A stretch of DNA of 64,000 bases from IMG/VR virus record IMGVR_UViG_3300028908_000007, positions 11,389 to 75,388 of that record. One strand, given 5' to 3'. Within the stretch, counting starts at the first letter, position 1. Each line of letters starts with the position of its first letter. The notes beneath the pieces were generated by a model. That model was not told the origin of the DNA and ran no database searches. It saw only the letters and a list, made by a program, of their open reading frames with translations. Below, piece by piece: positions 20,240 through 30,125 of the stretch. This DNA comes from a virus. The translations under genes and the position numbers were made by a program.

Positions 20240-20270
20240 CCCGCCCTTCGGGGCGGGTGTGGCTTTTTTT
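20240..20270 (+). terminator. cUUCGg-loop terminator
   Basis: CCCGCCC-TTCG-GGGCGGG followed by a T-run. Confidence 0.85.
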
Positions 20271-20419
20271 CTTTATTTAGCGTATTTTTACATCCAGATG
20301 CCTATCCAAATATACCTCTAGGAGGCTCTCAGATGCGTTCTAAGGCGTTTTTAGACATCTACCCATACCTACCTACAGGGTAGGGGTCTTTAACGTCTTA
20401 AATGTCGTAGGGGAAAGAC

Positions 20420-20452
20420 TACCTCTGCGGACCAAAACGGCCCGCAGAGGTA
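20420..20452 (-). terminator. Hairpin downstream of the portal gene
   Basis: 11-bp stem TACCTCTGCGG/CCGCAGAGGTA. Confidence 0.7.
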
Positions 20453-20462
20453 ATAGGAGTAA

Positions 20463-22832
20463 TTAAAACTCAGGTTCTTCCTCAGCGCCGCCAGTATCAC
20501 CACCAGCAGCAGGTTCTTCCTCACCTTCTTCGCCTTCTTCTAAGCGATCCAGCTTTTTCTCCAGCTTCTTTTTGACCGGATTGATATTCTTAAGGTAATC
20601 GTATATTGAATTCATCAACTTAGTACTGTGCTCAGAAGTAATTTCTGACAGAGGTATCACCGGCTTGCCTTCTCCGTCTGTATTGATAATATCGAATAGC
20701 TCTGGCAAGTAGTTGTTGTCTGCCATCCATTTCCTTAAGAAGTACGCCTTATACACTTCTATAATGACAGGTAGCTTATCTCCAATATCTCCAACAACTT
20801 GTGAATCCAACAGCTCTTCTTTCAGTAGAGCTTCCACAGCTTCATCAAGAGCGCTCTTATATTCATTATACTGTTCTGTAAGGTTTTGCAGAGTCGTAGT
20901 TTCTGGACTTGGTAATTTTATAATAATATTGTCTATAAATGCCTCAGTGATTGTATTTATTGCAACAGGATTATCCAGATTTTTCCTATGTTCTGGTGGT
21001 AATTGTTTTTTGATAGAAGGGAGGTTATCCTTTACAATTTCCCGTAAGTTGTCTTTGATAATTTCGTCATAGCGTACCAACTTTCTAACATGGTCTGTAA
21101 TGAATCGATTAAATACCTTCTGATACATACTGATTCGTTTACTGAGCAAGATATTGTTTGCTACTACAGTGGTGGCGAAGTCTCCAGAGAATCCATTGTC
21201 TACTACTTCAGCAGGAAGACCCAATGCCATAAAGGATCTTTTCCTTAGATTCTCATCGAGTTCATCATCTGGTAGTTCGTGATTTATTTTAGTACTTTCA
21301 TAATTTATGTTCGTAGTAGGAATACGAGGATGTCCACTAAATTCGAACTCATATCCTAATTGACTTGCCCAGTTGGCTAGGTCTGAAATATTAGTAGAAC
21401 CAACAGGCAGATAAGTCCTTTGTGATCCTAATATGTAGGATACGATAGTCTCTATTGTTTTATCTGGATCTGGATCTGTTTCATCCAACTCTACTTGTAC
21501 TTTTGTAGTAGGTATAGTATTCTTTACCATTGCCATTAATTTAGCAAAAAGTGTCATTGCTCGTATAGACGAAATTACTAAAAGGTCATCCGTAAGACTT
21601 TTACCTACACCGTTTGGATAGTATTTGTATGCATAATACACCATAACTTCTTGTGGAATATACAATATTTTTGTTTTCATCTTAGACATATGTCTAAAGA
21701 GTAATAGTTTGTATACTTCGTCCTTATTACTGATTTCTATTTCTTCTTTCTTATATACTCCATTCTTTAACTTTTCTACTAACTCTTTTTCCACCAAATC
21801 CTTGTAGAAGCTCAATACTTCTGGCATATTCTTGGTGCCTTTCTTATTTATATTTAATGCCTTCTTGGCTTTCTTTATGATTCGAGAGGTTTCTACTTCA
21901 CCACCTAACTGTGTGTTGAAAACTTCTGAAAACTTCTTATCGCTAAACTCTTCTGTATGTTTTCTTGTAATTGGATTACCAGTATTATCCAGTAATACGA
22001 AGATGCCGAGTTTCTTATCTAATCGACCAGGAGATTGTACTGGAATAACAGCCTCTGATGGTAAGTTTAATACCATAGGACGCCCAATACTTTCTCGTTC
22101 TCCAGTAGTCGGCATAGTTATCATTGTCTTGTCTTTGTTTGCAATATCTGCATTATAGAGCCAAGACATTCCAGCCCTTCTCGTTCTTGTACCAGTAATA
22201 ATAGATTCTACCGTTACTTCTCTTTCTATTTCGTAGAACTTCGGTAACTTTAATTGGTCGAGATTATCCGATATTTCCAAATACTCGTCTACAGTTTCAG
22301 TGTTAGACAATATGCCTTTATTGGAGCTAATATGATATTTTCGTTCCAATACACTTTCTGTAGTAACTTCCTTATTGGCTAGTAAACGATCTAGGACGTT
22401 TTCTGGAATAATACATACGACATGACTTCCCTTTTCAAATAAGACATTTCTGATGATCTCTGGTAGTTGACTTCCAATATCATAAATTGTGTTTATATTC
22501 TCTTTAACATGACTTAAAAGCTTATTTACCAAGTCATATGGTAGGTTAATTTTATCAACTGAGTATTGGAGTTCCTCAGACATCATGTCCTTAGGAGACA
22601 TGATGGAAGATACTAATATCTGTATTGCCAGCTCCATATCTGGGAACAGACTGGTAATATCTTCCAGGACTTCCTGCCGTTTTATAGTTCCTTTAGAGAT
22701 ATTGCTTAACGCGTCTAACGGTGGCGTTGTAATCTTTTTATTTTTTTCCTTTACACCTTTTGCTAGTAATGAGCCAAGATATGGTGTTTTGCTGGCAGTA
22801 TCTTCTATCTGAATGTTAGTGGTTTTTGTCAT
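20463..22832 (-). CDS. Portal protein (phiKZ gp129-like)
   Basis: LFPDMELAIQILVSSIMSPKDM, LPSEAVIPV..PG, FVLLDNTGNP, GVGKSL, LDETDPDP and FATTVVANNILLSKR. Start placed at MTKTT (22832); track start is 22883. Confidence 0.88.
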   Translation of the reverse strand: MTKTTNIQIEDTASKTPYLGSLLAKGVKEKNKKITTPPLDALSNISKGTIKRQEVLEDITSLFPDMELAIQILVSSIMSPKDMMSEELQYSVDKINLPYDLVNKLLSHVKENINTIYDIGSQLPEIIRNVLFEKGSHVVCIIPENVLDRLLANKEVTTESVLERKYHISSNKGILSNTETVDEYLEISDNLDQLKLPKFYEIEREVTVESIITGTRTRRAGMSWLYNADIANKDKTMITMPTTGERESIGRPMVLNLPSEAVIPVQSPGRLDKKLGIFVLLDNTGNPITRKHTEEFSDKKFSEVFNTQLGGEVETSRIIKKAKKALNINKKGTKNMPEVLSFYKDLVEKELVEKLKNGVYKKEEIEISNKDEVYKLLLFRHMSKMKTKILYIPQEVMVYYAYKYYPNGVGKSLTDDLLVISSIRAMTLFAKLMAMVKNTIPTTKVQVELDETDPDPDKTIETIVSYILGSQRTYLPVGSTNISDLANWASQLGYEFEFSGHPRIPTTNINYESTKINHELPDDELDENLRKRSFMALGLPAEVVDNGFSGDFATTVVANNILLSKRISMYQKVFNRFITDHVRKLVRYDEIIKDNLREIVKDNLPSIKKQLPPEHRKNLDNPVAINTITEAFIDNIIIKLPSPETTTLQNLTEQYNEYKSALDEAVEALLKEELLDSQVVGDIGDKLPVIIEVYKAYFLRKWMADNNYLPELFDIINTDGEGKPVIPLSEITSEHSTKLMNSIYDYLKNINPVKKKLEKKLDRLEEGEEGEEEPAAGGDTGGAEEEPEF

Positions 22833-22838
22833 ATAAAA

Positions 22839-24833
22839 ATGGGGCGGTTGTTGATCGTGAAAAAACTCGAATTGATTCTGCAAGATTACATACTATCTAC
22901 CTTTAAATTGGCAGGAAGTATGCAGATAAAAAATATAGATGCTGTAGAGAGCATCAATGACTTTTTACGCATCACACACGGTGATAGTAGTGTCGGCAGT
23001 GACCCGCTTACATGGAAATACTATTTAAATGTTTCCGGGGAATACCACAGCACAGATAAACCAATGTCTGTAAATTCTGTGGAATTACAAGGATTGGTCA
23101 TTCCATTTACTAAAGCTTCTTTAGATACCTATAAATTAACGAAAGATGTATACTCTTATGGAACCGATAAGTATTATCAGTTGGTAGAAAAATATCCAGA
23201 ACAAGAACTATTAATAAAAGGAATTCTATACCCAACAGATATCAATAGAGCCATTTCTGCTCAAGATGGTGAAATACTCGCCTATGATGAGCGATATGTG
23301 CAGAGTAATGAATGGGGTCTTATTGAGGAAATAAACCAGTGGATTTATAACTGGCTGAGTCGTTGGAATGAGCGAGGATTCACTTTAACAGACGAGCTTT
23401 ATTCTGCGGCCAGACATGGTATTATGTCGATGTATCTTCCCCTGAAAATAATGGATATACGTCAAAGAAAAATAGGGACGATACATGCTCATGATTTTCA
23501 TAAGAAGTTATATATCAGTAGCAGGATGTCTGAGGATATTGTAACTTCTGTACTGAACGAATATAGCATACAATGGATCTATAGAAATCTTCGATATATC
23601 AATGCTCAAAGAGGGAAGGCTTTGACTAGCGATATCATAATAGATAATTTATTGGAACTGAACAAGATACCAATCTCATGGACTACCAGGACACAGGTAA
23701 AACAACCGTATCCTAGTCTTCTTCCAGATATACTTTATAAAGATAAAGCATTGACGACTCGTTGGAATACAGCAAAAGAGCTATACAGGACAGAAGCAGA
23801 AGTTATCGATTTAGAAAAAGACGAAGCATACTATAATGCAAGCTACCTGGATTATCATACGAAATCTTTATCGAAATATACGAGATTTTCCTCTATGCCT
23901 ACTAAGGTTCTGTTATCATACATAATAGATAAAGGAGACTATGTATCACATACCTATAAACATATCTTAATAGAGCATTGGGGATATATGGTAGCTTCCA
24001 ATGATTATAAAGGCAATGTGGTATGGAAGAATACCTACAATGATTTAGAACACACTCTTACTATGTCAGAAGCTTTTGCTCTATACATGTATTTCACTTT
24101 GAAGAAACTCAATAGTTCTTTGGAGCCTGTCGGGTTCCCGAGATGGTACTACACCCATATAGCCAATAATACAGATACTGCTACAGTATTAACCAACATG
24201 CCAAAGGATGTAAAGGTAGACACAGATATACAAGACTATGGCGACCAACACACTGTAATTGATACAGTAATTGGTGGTGAATTGTTTAAGACACAGATAA
24301 AAAAGATATATGAATCAAATATCTATGGTTGGAAAAAGGTATTATCAAAAGGAAATCTATATTCAAATGGCATTATGCGTAACATGTGGTTCAAGTACTA
24401 TAAGTATGGAAGCATACCTTTAACAGATTATCCGGATTACAACACAATGTTCACAGCACTAAACATTACAATGCCTGATAACATGTCCATGAGTTATATA
24501 GATACATCGTTAAACGAGTTACAAAAGTTATGTATTGGAGACGTAGATGAAGACACTTTGAGGATATTGCAAGAATCTGTATTAAGGATATTTGATCTGT
24601 CTACTTCCTATAGGACACAAACAATAAGTAAGATAACCAATACGTTCTCATATTACGGAAGACATTGTGGTGTGAAATACACACCAGGAAAGATTAGCCA
24701 GTACTATTCTAAGGTTCATCCAGTGATAAGTGAACCACCACATGAAGACATCCACGTAACAGGAGATTGGTTTCTAGTGTCTTTTGATCAATTAACACCA
24801 GCCCAACAAGCACAAATCGGAGATATTTACTAG
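22839..24833 (+). CDS. Virion structural/baseplate protein (phiKZ gp128-like)
   Basis: DPLTWKYYLNVSGEYH..D, YPEQELLIKGILYP, WIYRNLRYI...RGK and PTKVL motifs; divergent from the portal gene. Start may be TTG at 22872. Confidence 0.8.
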   Translation: MGRLLIVKKLELILQDYILSTFKLAGSMQIKNIDAVESINDFLRITHGDSSVGSDPLTWKYYLNVSGEYHSTDKPMSVNSVELQGLVIPFTKASLDTYKLTKDVYSYGTDKYYQLVEKYPEQELLIKGILYPTDINRAISAQDGEILAYDERYVQSNEWGLIEEINQWIYNWLSRWNERGFTLTDELYSAARHGIMSMYLPLKIMDIRQRKIGTIHAHDFHKKLYISSRMSEDIVTSVLNEYSIQWIYRNLRYINAQRGKALTSDIIIDNLLELNKIPISWTTRTQVKQPYPSLLPDILYKDKALTTRWNTAKELYRTEAEVIDLEKDEAYYNASYLDYHTKSLSKYTRFSSMPTKVLLSYIIDKGDYVSHTYKHILIEHWGYMVASNDYKGNVVWKNTYNDLEHTLTMSEAFALYMYFTLKKLNSSLEPVGFPRWYYTHIANNTDTATVLTNMPKDVKVDTDIQDYGDQHTVIDTVIGGELFKTQIKKIYESNIYGWKKVLSKGNLYSNGIMRNMWFKYYKYGSIPLTDYPDYNTMFTALNITMPDNMSMSYIDTSLNELQKLCIGDVDEDTLRILQESVLRIFDLSTSYRTQTISKITNTFSYYGRHCGVKYTPGKISQYYSKVHPVISEPPHEDIHVTGDWFLVSFDQLTPAQQAQIGDIY

Positions 24834-24834
24834 G

Positions 24835-25659
24835 ATGGATTACGTAGTCCCAACTATCTATCAAGCGCAATGTACTACAGCACAATTACTCGGGAAGCCA
24901 TATGTTCCTTTACAGAATACTACTCTAAATGAAAAGTGGGGTATCTATGATACGCTTATTCCATCATCGTCTACATACCCGACATTAAAATATCTTGCCA
25001 TTGGAAATGGAGGCCACAAAGTATTGGATACTTCTGGAGGTCCGCCATATAGCATAAACCCAGTACAACATAAACCAATCAATGTAAGTTTGTATAATCA
25101 TCTTCCATGGATAATACGTCCTGCCAATAATGATTTAACACCCACTGAAAGATTACAATATCGTATGCGAGTACCTGTCACCATACAAGGTGATGATTAT
25201 ATTGCTTATTATTTAAAGTTAGTTGATACTTCAAGCACAAACCCAACAATAAATGTAGTTACCTGGAATACCACAAGGGTATCTTCCCCACTATCAGGAG
25301 GTGGTAGCGTATTGAACCCAATTCCTACTACTAACAATAGTACTGCTGGGGACGATTATGTTACCGTAGATGCTGAACTACCAATAAGAATAGACAATGC
25401 ACAACAAAATGAAATCAGGAATGCTGGGAATCTTATATATGGAGATATGGCAAAGGTAGTGATTAGCGAACTCGGTCTTTACATGGGCATAGATACTGTA
25501 GTAAATGCAGTAGATAGTAGTTCAAATCCTTTTACATATACAGAAACCATTTATACACAACCCACAGTATTGATGAATACTTTTATCTCTTTACAACATA
25601 GTGTAAACAATATTGAATTAGATCTCGGCATAGGCTGCGCAGAACCCATGCAACTATGA
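24835..25659 (+). CDS. Virion structural/tail protein (phiKZ gp139-like)
   Basis: NTTLNEK, YLAIGNGGH, LYNHLPW..R..NNDL..ER..YRMR, YIAYYLK, ISELGL..G.D and GCAEP; precedes RuvC as in phiKZ. Confidence 0.8.
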   Translation: MDYVVPTIYQAQCTTAQLLGKPYVPLQNTTLNEKWGIYDTLIPSSSTYPTLKYLAIGNGGHKVLDTSGGPPYSINPVQHKPINVSLYNHLPWIIRPANNDLTPTERLQYRMRVPVTIQGDDYIAYYLKLVDTSSTNPTINVVTWNTTRVSSPLSGGGSVLNPIPTTNNSTAGDDYVTVDAELPIRIDNAQQNEIRNAGNLIYGDMAKVVISELGLYMGIDTVVNAVDSSSNPFTYTETIYTQPTVLMNTFISLQHSVNNIELDLGIGCAEPMQL

Positions 25660-26177
25660 TATCTCATATTTTAGCACTAGATCCAGGCTTAGTATCCACA
25701 GGTGTTGCCATTGGAAACATTGATTCAAACACACTTGAACTGAAGGAGGTTGATACACGAACAGTAGAGTTGGAGTTTTTGGAGAATATGATACTTCCGG
25801 AACACGGAAATGTCAGGGATCAAAGACTGTTGGGATTTAGAAATTGGCTAGTAAGTTTGATTGAAGAGTATGATATTATTACGGTAGGGTATGAAACACC
25901 CTTTTATGATAGAAGAAAACCAAATGCCCATGAGAGTCTGGTAGAGGTTTGTATGTCAATACGTATGGCGGTGTGTGAATACAATCCAGCCATACCAATA
26001 CACGGGTTTTCTCCGGCAGCAGTAAAGAGGGGAATTGGTTTAAAAGGTAATGCAAAGAAAGAGGAGGTGGAAAGACGAGTAAGAGAACTATACCCGGATC
26101 TTGTTAGGAATATCTCACAACATGAAGCAGATGCCGTAGGGGTGTTGCACACGTTACTTCAAAAATTAGGAGGGTAG
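25656..26177 (+). CDS. ruvC: RuvC-like Holliday junction resolvase
   Basis: ILALDPG..TGVA, GYETPF, PAAVKRGIG..GNAKKEEV and HEADAVG acidic catalytic motifs. Confidence 0.92.
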   Translation: MISHILALDPGLVSTGVAIGNIDSNTLELKEVDTRTVELEFLENMILPEHGNVRDQRLLGFRNWLVSLIEEYDIITVGYETPFYDRRKPNAHESLVEVCMSIRMAVCEYNPAIPIHGFSPAAVKRGIGLKGNAKKEEVERRVRELYPDLVRNISQHEADAVGVLHTLLQKLGG

Positions 26178-26244
26178 TCTATCAAATAGTTTATCTTTTC
26201 TGTTTGTGTTCTTTTTGTTTGATTGTTTTTAAAGGGGGTTTAAA

Positions 26245-26979
26245 ATGCCTATTTTTACCGATACTCCAAGAGAAGTCGTTTATACGGAAGATATTACTCT
26301 GGACGACTTGGAAAAAATGACAGAACTCGAATTTAGTAAGTTGTTATTCTTTAGATCAGATATTTCACACGCATTGTGGTTTGCAATCGCTACTGTTATT
26401 CTTACATTTGTTATAGGTTATAAGATGTACCATAAAATTACTACAAATTCAGTACAAGTTACTGTTAATGAAGCAATAGAAAAAATAGAGACACAACACC
26501 AACAGGAATTTAGGAAACAGGAGAAGGTACATAAAGTATCCAGGAGAGTTGTATCCAAAACAATGGTACAAGAAGCAAAGGCTGCACAGTCCTTCGATGA
26601 AATTAAAAGACTCATGCTGAAGACATCTACAGAAGACGAACGATATGTGTTAATAAAGAGAGCATTTGATTTGTTCGACAGCTTGCATCCTTCAGAGTCG
26701 TCTGAATTCAAGAAACGAATCTATAATGCTAAGACAGTAAATGAGATGTATGAGATTACATACGAATATATGATACTCATGCATCCTGATTATGGAAGAG
26801 AAGCTTTAGAACGTTATCGTCAGGGCAAGCCTTTAAAGAATAAAATCACTGTAACGAAAGTAAAACCAAAAGGAGGACTTGTTCATACGGTCTACAAAGG
26901 TGTTGGAAAACCAATTTCCATTGCTGCACCTACTATTGATCCGAACAACCCAGACACATGGTTAAAACCGTTTGTATAA
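26245..26979 (+). CDS. Single-TM membrane protein; candidate i-spanin
   Basis: TM segment at about aa 43-62 followed by a helical charged region; its 3' end overlaps the o-spanin gene by 22 nt. Confidence 0.5.
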   Translation: MPIFTDTPREVVYTEDITLDDLEKMTELEFSKLLFFRSDISHALWFAIATVILTFVIGYKMYHKITTNSVQVTVNEAIEKIETQHQQEFRKQEKVHKVSRRVVSKTMVQEAKAAQSFDEIKRLMLKTSTEDERYVLIKRAFDLFDSLHPSESSEFKKRIYNAKTVNEMYEITYEYMILMHPDYGREALERYRQGKPLKNKITVTKVKPKGGLVHTVYKGVGKPISIAAPTIDPNNPDTWLKPFV

Positions 26980-27296
26980 CATTTCTTATTCTTCTAGTAG
27001 CTAACGGCTGTTCTATATTCAGTAAACGAAAACCTATTATAGTACAACAACAAAAATTATCGACAGTACAGATACCTGAAGAATTACTGAAACCATGTAA
27101 GTCTTTTAATCTTCCGAATAATGAGGAGTGGAAAAATCTATCACCAACTCTTAGAGGTATGGTGTTGTCATTGACAGTGGTGGAGTTATTGAACAGAGTT
27201 GCAGAATGTAATAGTAGGATAAGTGGAATAAGAGAATGGAACGAAGAAATTATAAAGGTCTTAGGTGATGAGAATACATCTGCCGTCGCACAGTGA
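26958..27296 (+). CDS. Outer-membrane lipoprotein o-spanin (Rz1-like)
   Basis: Lipobox VANG|C, then IPEELLKPC..P and ECNSRISGIREW, typical o-spanin motifs. Confidence 0.85.
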   Translation: MVKTVCITFLILLVANGCSIFSKRKPIIVQQQKLSTVQIPEELLKPCKSFNLPNNEEWKNLSPTLRGMVLSLTVVELLNRVAECNSRISGIREWNEEIIKVLGDENTSAVAQ

Positions 27297-27705
27297 CGAT
27301 ATACGGATATTTTATAAGACATATAAAGAAGAATTCTCTAAATGGCTAGAAGATGAGGATATATCAAAGTCTTCACTAGGTAGAATACACGCTGCCTTTA
27401 AAGAACTCGATAGTAAGGATCAAGAAACAATTATATACATACTTCTATTAGATGTAATACGCTGTTATAGAATACCTGATAAAGCTGCCAGAGAAGCTGA
27501 AATCGAATTCAGCTATCTCCGGAAGCTTAGTCAGGTAAAGATTAACTTTATAAGAGTATTTGGCTACCTGATGATTGGTATCCTAGTATTTGGATTGGTA
27601 ATTGCTATAGCATCGATACTGAGTTTGTATAACTGGAACATAGTAGATCTTATAAAAGATCTGGCCACACATATTGGTATTTTTGGCATGAGTTCTAAAT
27701 ACTAG
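27265..27705 (+). CDS. Hypothetical membrane protein
   Basis: C-terminal hydrophobic segment; overlaps both neighbouring genes. Confidence 0.65.
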   Translation: MMRIHLPSHSDDIRIFYKTYKEEFSKWLEDEDISKSSLGRIHAAFKELDSKDQETIIYILLLDVIRCYRIPDKAAREAEIEFSYLRKLSQVKINFIRVFGYLMIGILVFGLVIAIASILSLYNWNIVDLIKDLATHIGIFGMSSKY

Positions 27706-30125
27706 CCAAGCAACATAACGTCGTCGTTGTTGACTATATTGAATAGATTCGTATCTCTACTAAGAGAAACCACGTCTCTATTTTTAAAGTAACCAAAATC
27801 CTCTATATAATGGCTTATAAGAAATACTTGACTAAACTCTTCACTCGTTGTCAGTTCTTTATATACCATCTCATAGGCTTTATCCCGATGTGGACCGTCA
27901 AAACTTCTTCCGAACTCGTCTAGGTATAATGGGTAATCCGTTATACCTAGACGAGATAATATCACAATTTTAAATACTAGGTTTATAATTTCCTGCATAG
28001 AAGAACTTACTTTCGATACATCACTACTAACATGATTCTCAAGACGTACTGGGAAACGGTATGATAAATCGATATCATCTCCTTTACTACAAGGCAAGAC
28101 TTCTATATCATATCGCCATATTTTACTAAGAAGATTATTCATATCTTCCAGTATATAAATAATACCATTCATAATACTTTCTCCTATTATTCCTTCTGTA
28201 GGAGAAATAGTCTTTAATAGTGTCTTAAGTCTGACCTCTTCTAAGCTTAACTTCTCTATTTCCTTTATTGTGTCAGTCAGCGTTCTTTTGATTCTTTCAT
28301 TTTCTTGTAATTTATACCTAACCTTTTGCTCTTTCTCTTTGAATTCAGTAATTAGTTTATCGATGGCGATTTGTCTGGATTTTTCAGACATCTGTTTATG
28401 AAGACTATTATATTTTTTAATTACCTTCTCTCCTTCCTCCATTAATCCTTTTACTGTATTCTTCTTTTCTAAAACTTCCTTATCTGCTTTGATTCTTGTT
28501 AAAAGCTCTATTCTCTCATGAGTCAGTTTGGTTTCTTTCTGTATTAACTCTTCCAGTTCTTTTTCTAACAATTCTACAGTTTCATTAGTTTCTTCAGAAA
28601 CAGAATTGTTTTCGATTTCTTCTAACTGTTGTCGTAGCTTCTTATACGAAATAATATCTCCAATACTATTATTTAAGGTAATCCATTTATTTAGAGCACT
28701 ATTAGTGTCTGTTAACAATTCCTCTATTGTTATATATTTCCAAACCATAGAGTTATTTATAATAGATTTTATTTGCTGGGCTAGATGATATCTATTGTAA
28801 ATATCTTCATATTTCTTCTTCTCTATTTCTAATTCTTTACGCAAATCTTCTACTGAAGTTTTTTTGGAAGTATTTTCAATATTGAGTTGTCCTATATCTG
28901 ATATCCATCGATGTTTACAATTTGGACACTCCATATGAACTTTCAAAGCGTCTTTCATTTCCTGTAAGTTAATCAAACCAGCTTCCCTTAACTCAGTAGT
29001 ACGTATTATATCTTCTAAATGTTGTATTCGTTCTTTTTGGTTTTGTAAATCACTATTTGTGATAGTGCCATAATTATTAGTTTCCAAATAGCTTTCTAAT
29101 AGATCTCTAAGCTTATAAGAAATAGATTCCCAATATTCTTGCAATGCGTCGTCTATTTCCCTGGAATGAAACCAAGGATCAATAAGAGATTTTACTTTCT
29201 CTATTTTCTTTTTAATAGATTCTTTATGGTCTTCTAATTCTTGAAGAGTATTTAGCTTTAATTCTTTCTTGAGCTTTAGCTGTTTTGTTTTTCTATCAAT
29301 ACTCTCTCTAATTATTTTTAGCTCTCCATTGATTTTTGCTACCAGTTCTTGTAGCTTTTCTATGTCTTCTTCCGAGACAGACTTTCTAAGACTAGGGTCT
29401 TTCATTACTCGTCTGATTTTTGAACTGATCTGTTCAGCTTGTTTTCCATACTCTTCTTGAAGTTTTATATTATCGATAGTATTTCTATTTGGACGTATCT
29501 TTCGTAAGTCTTCAATGGCTGCATTGAAGTAGCAGTCATATTTTTCTAATGTTTTTAATTCGTCATCAGAGAGGATTTTATCCTCTTCTAATACCTTCTT
29601 ATGTCTTAGGTGCTTTAAAACGCTCTGTGTGGCTCTCAGACGCTCTGAAATAGCCTTATAGACAGCCAAACCGTATGTGTGATCCTTACCAGATGCCTTT
29701 GTAAACCACATTTTTCTATCAGCCAGTGACATCGTAGTAAATTTATCTATACCAATCATTAATGTCATGGTTTTCGTATCAAAACCAAAATGATCTTCAG
29801 CCAAAATAGCTTGTGTGGATTTATTACCAGACTGATTGAGTTCTTCACCGTCTACGATAAAATGGTACTTTGGTGTCTTTGTAAAGATGCTTTTTAACTC
29901 GTATAGTTTTCTATTATGTTCGATCTTTAGGATTTTATATCCGTTTTCTTCATAATCGTTCCTATTTGTTGGAAATGGTGTAAGTTCTTCCAATAGAGAA
30001 CTCTTCCCAGAACCATTAGGACCGATGATAATTTGAAGTTTTTCATAAGGCCTATATAGAATTTTATGGGTATTATGTAAATTCGTTCGTTTAAAACCAA
30101 CGATTTCAATTTCGGAGAACTTCAT
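27702..30125 (-). CDS. sbcC: SbcC/Rad50-like SMC ATPase (phiKZ gp165-like)
   Basis: MKFSEIEIVGFKR start (30125), GPNGSGKSS Walker A, coiled coils, CPNC zinc hook, VSSSMQE signature, LYLDEFG Walker B and LISH. Confidence 0.93.
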   Translation of the reverse strand: MKFSEIEIVGFKRTNLHNTHKILYRPYEKLQIIIGPNGSGKSSLLEELTPFPTNRNDYEENGYKILKIEHNRKLYELKSIFTKTPKYHFIVDGEELNQSGNKSTQAILAEDHFGFDTKTMTLMIGIDKFTTMSLADRKMWFTKASGKDHTYGLAVYKAISERLRATQSVLKHLRHKKVLEEDKILSDDELKTLEKYDCYFNAAIEDLRKIRPNRNTIDNIKLQEEYGKQAEQISSKIRRVMKDPSLRKSVSEEDIEKLQELVAKINGELKIIRESIDRKTKQLKLKKELKLNTLQELEDHKESIKKKIEKVKSLIDPWFHSREIDDALQEYWESISYKLRDLLESYLETNNYGTITNSDLQNQKERIQHLEDIIRTTELREAGLINLQEMKDALKVHMECPNCKHRWISDIGQLNIENTSKKTSVEDLRKELEIEKKKYEDIYNRYHLAQQIKSIINNSMVWKYITIEELLTDTNSALNKWITLNNSIGDIISYKKLRQQLEEIENNSVSEETNETVELLEKELEELIQKETKLTHERIELLTRIKADKEVLEKKNTVKGLMEEGEKVIKKYNSLHKQMSEKSRQIAIDKLITEFKEKEQKVRYKLQENERIKRTLTDTIKEIEKLSLEEVRLKTLLKTISPTEGIIGESIMNGIIYILEDMNNLLSKIWRYDIEVLPCSKGDDIDLSYRFPVRLENHVSSDVSKVSSSMQEIINLVFKIVILSRLGITDYPLYLDEFGRSFDGPHRDKAYEMVYKELTTSEEFSQVFLISHYIEDFGYFKNRDVVSLSRDTNLFNIVNNDDVMLLG

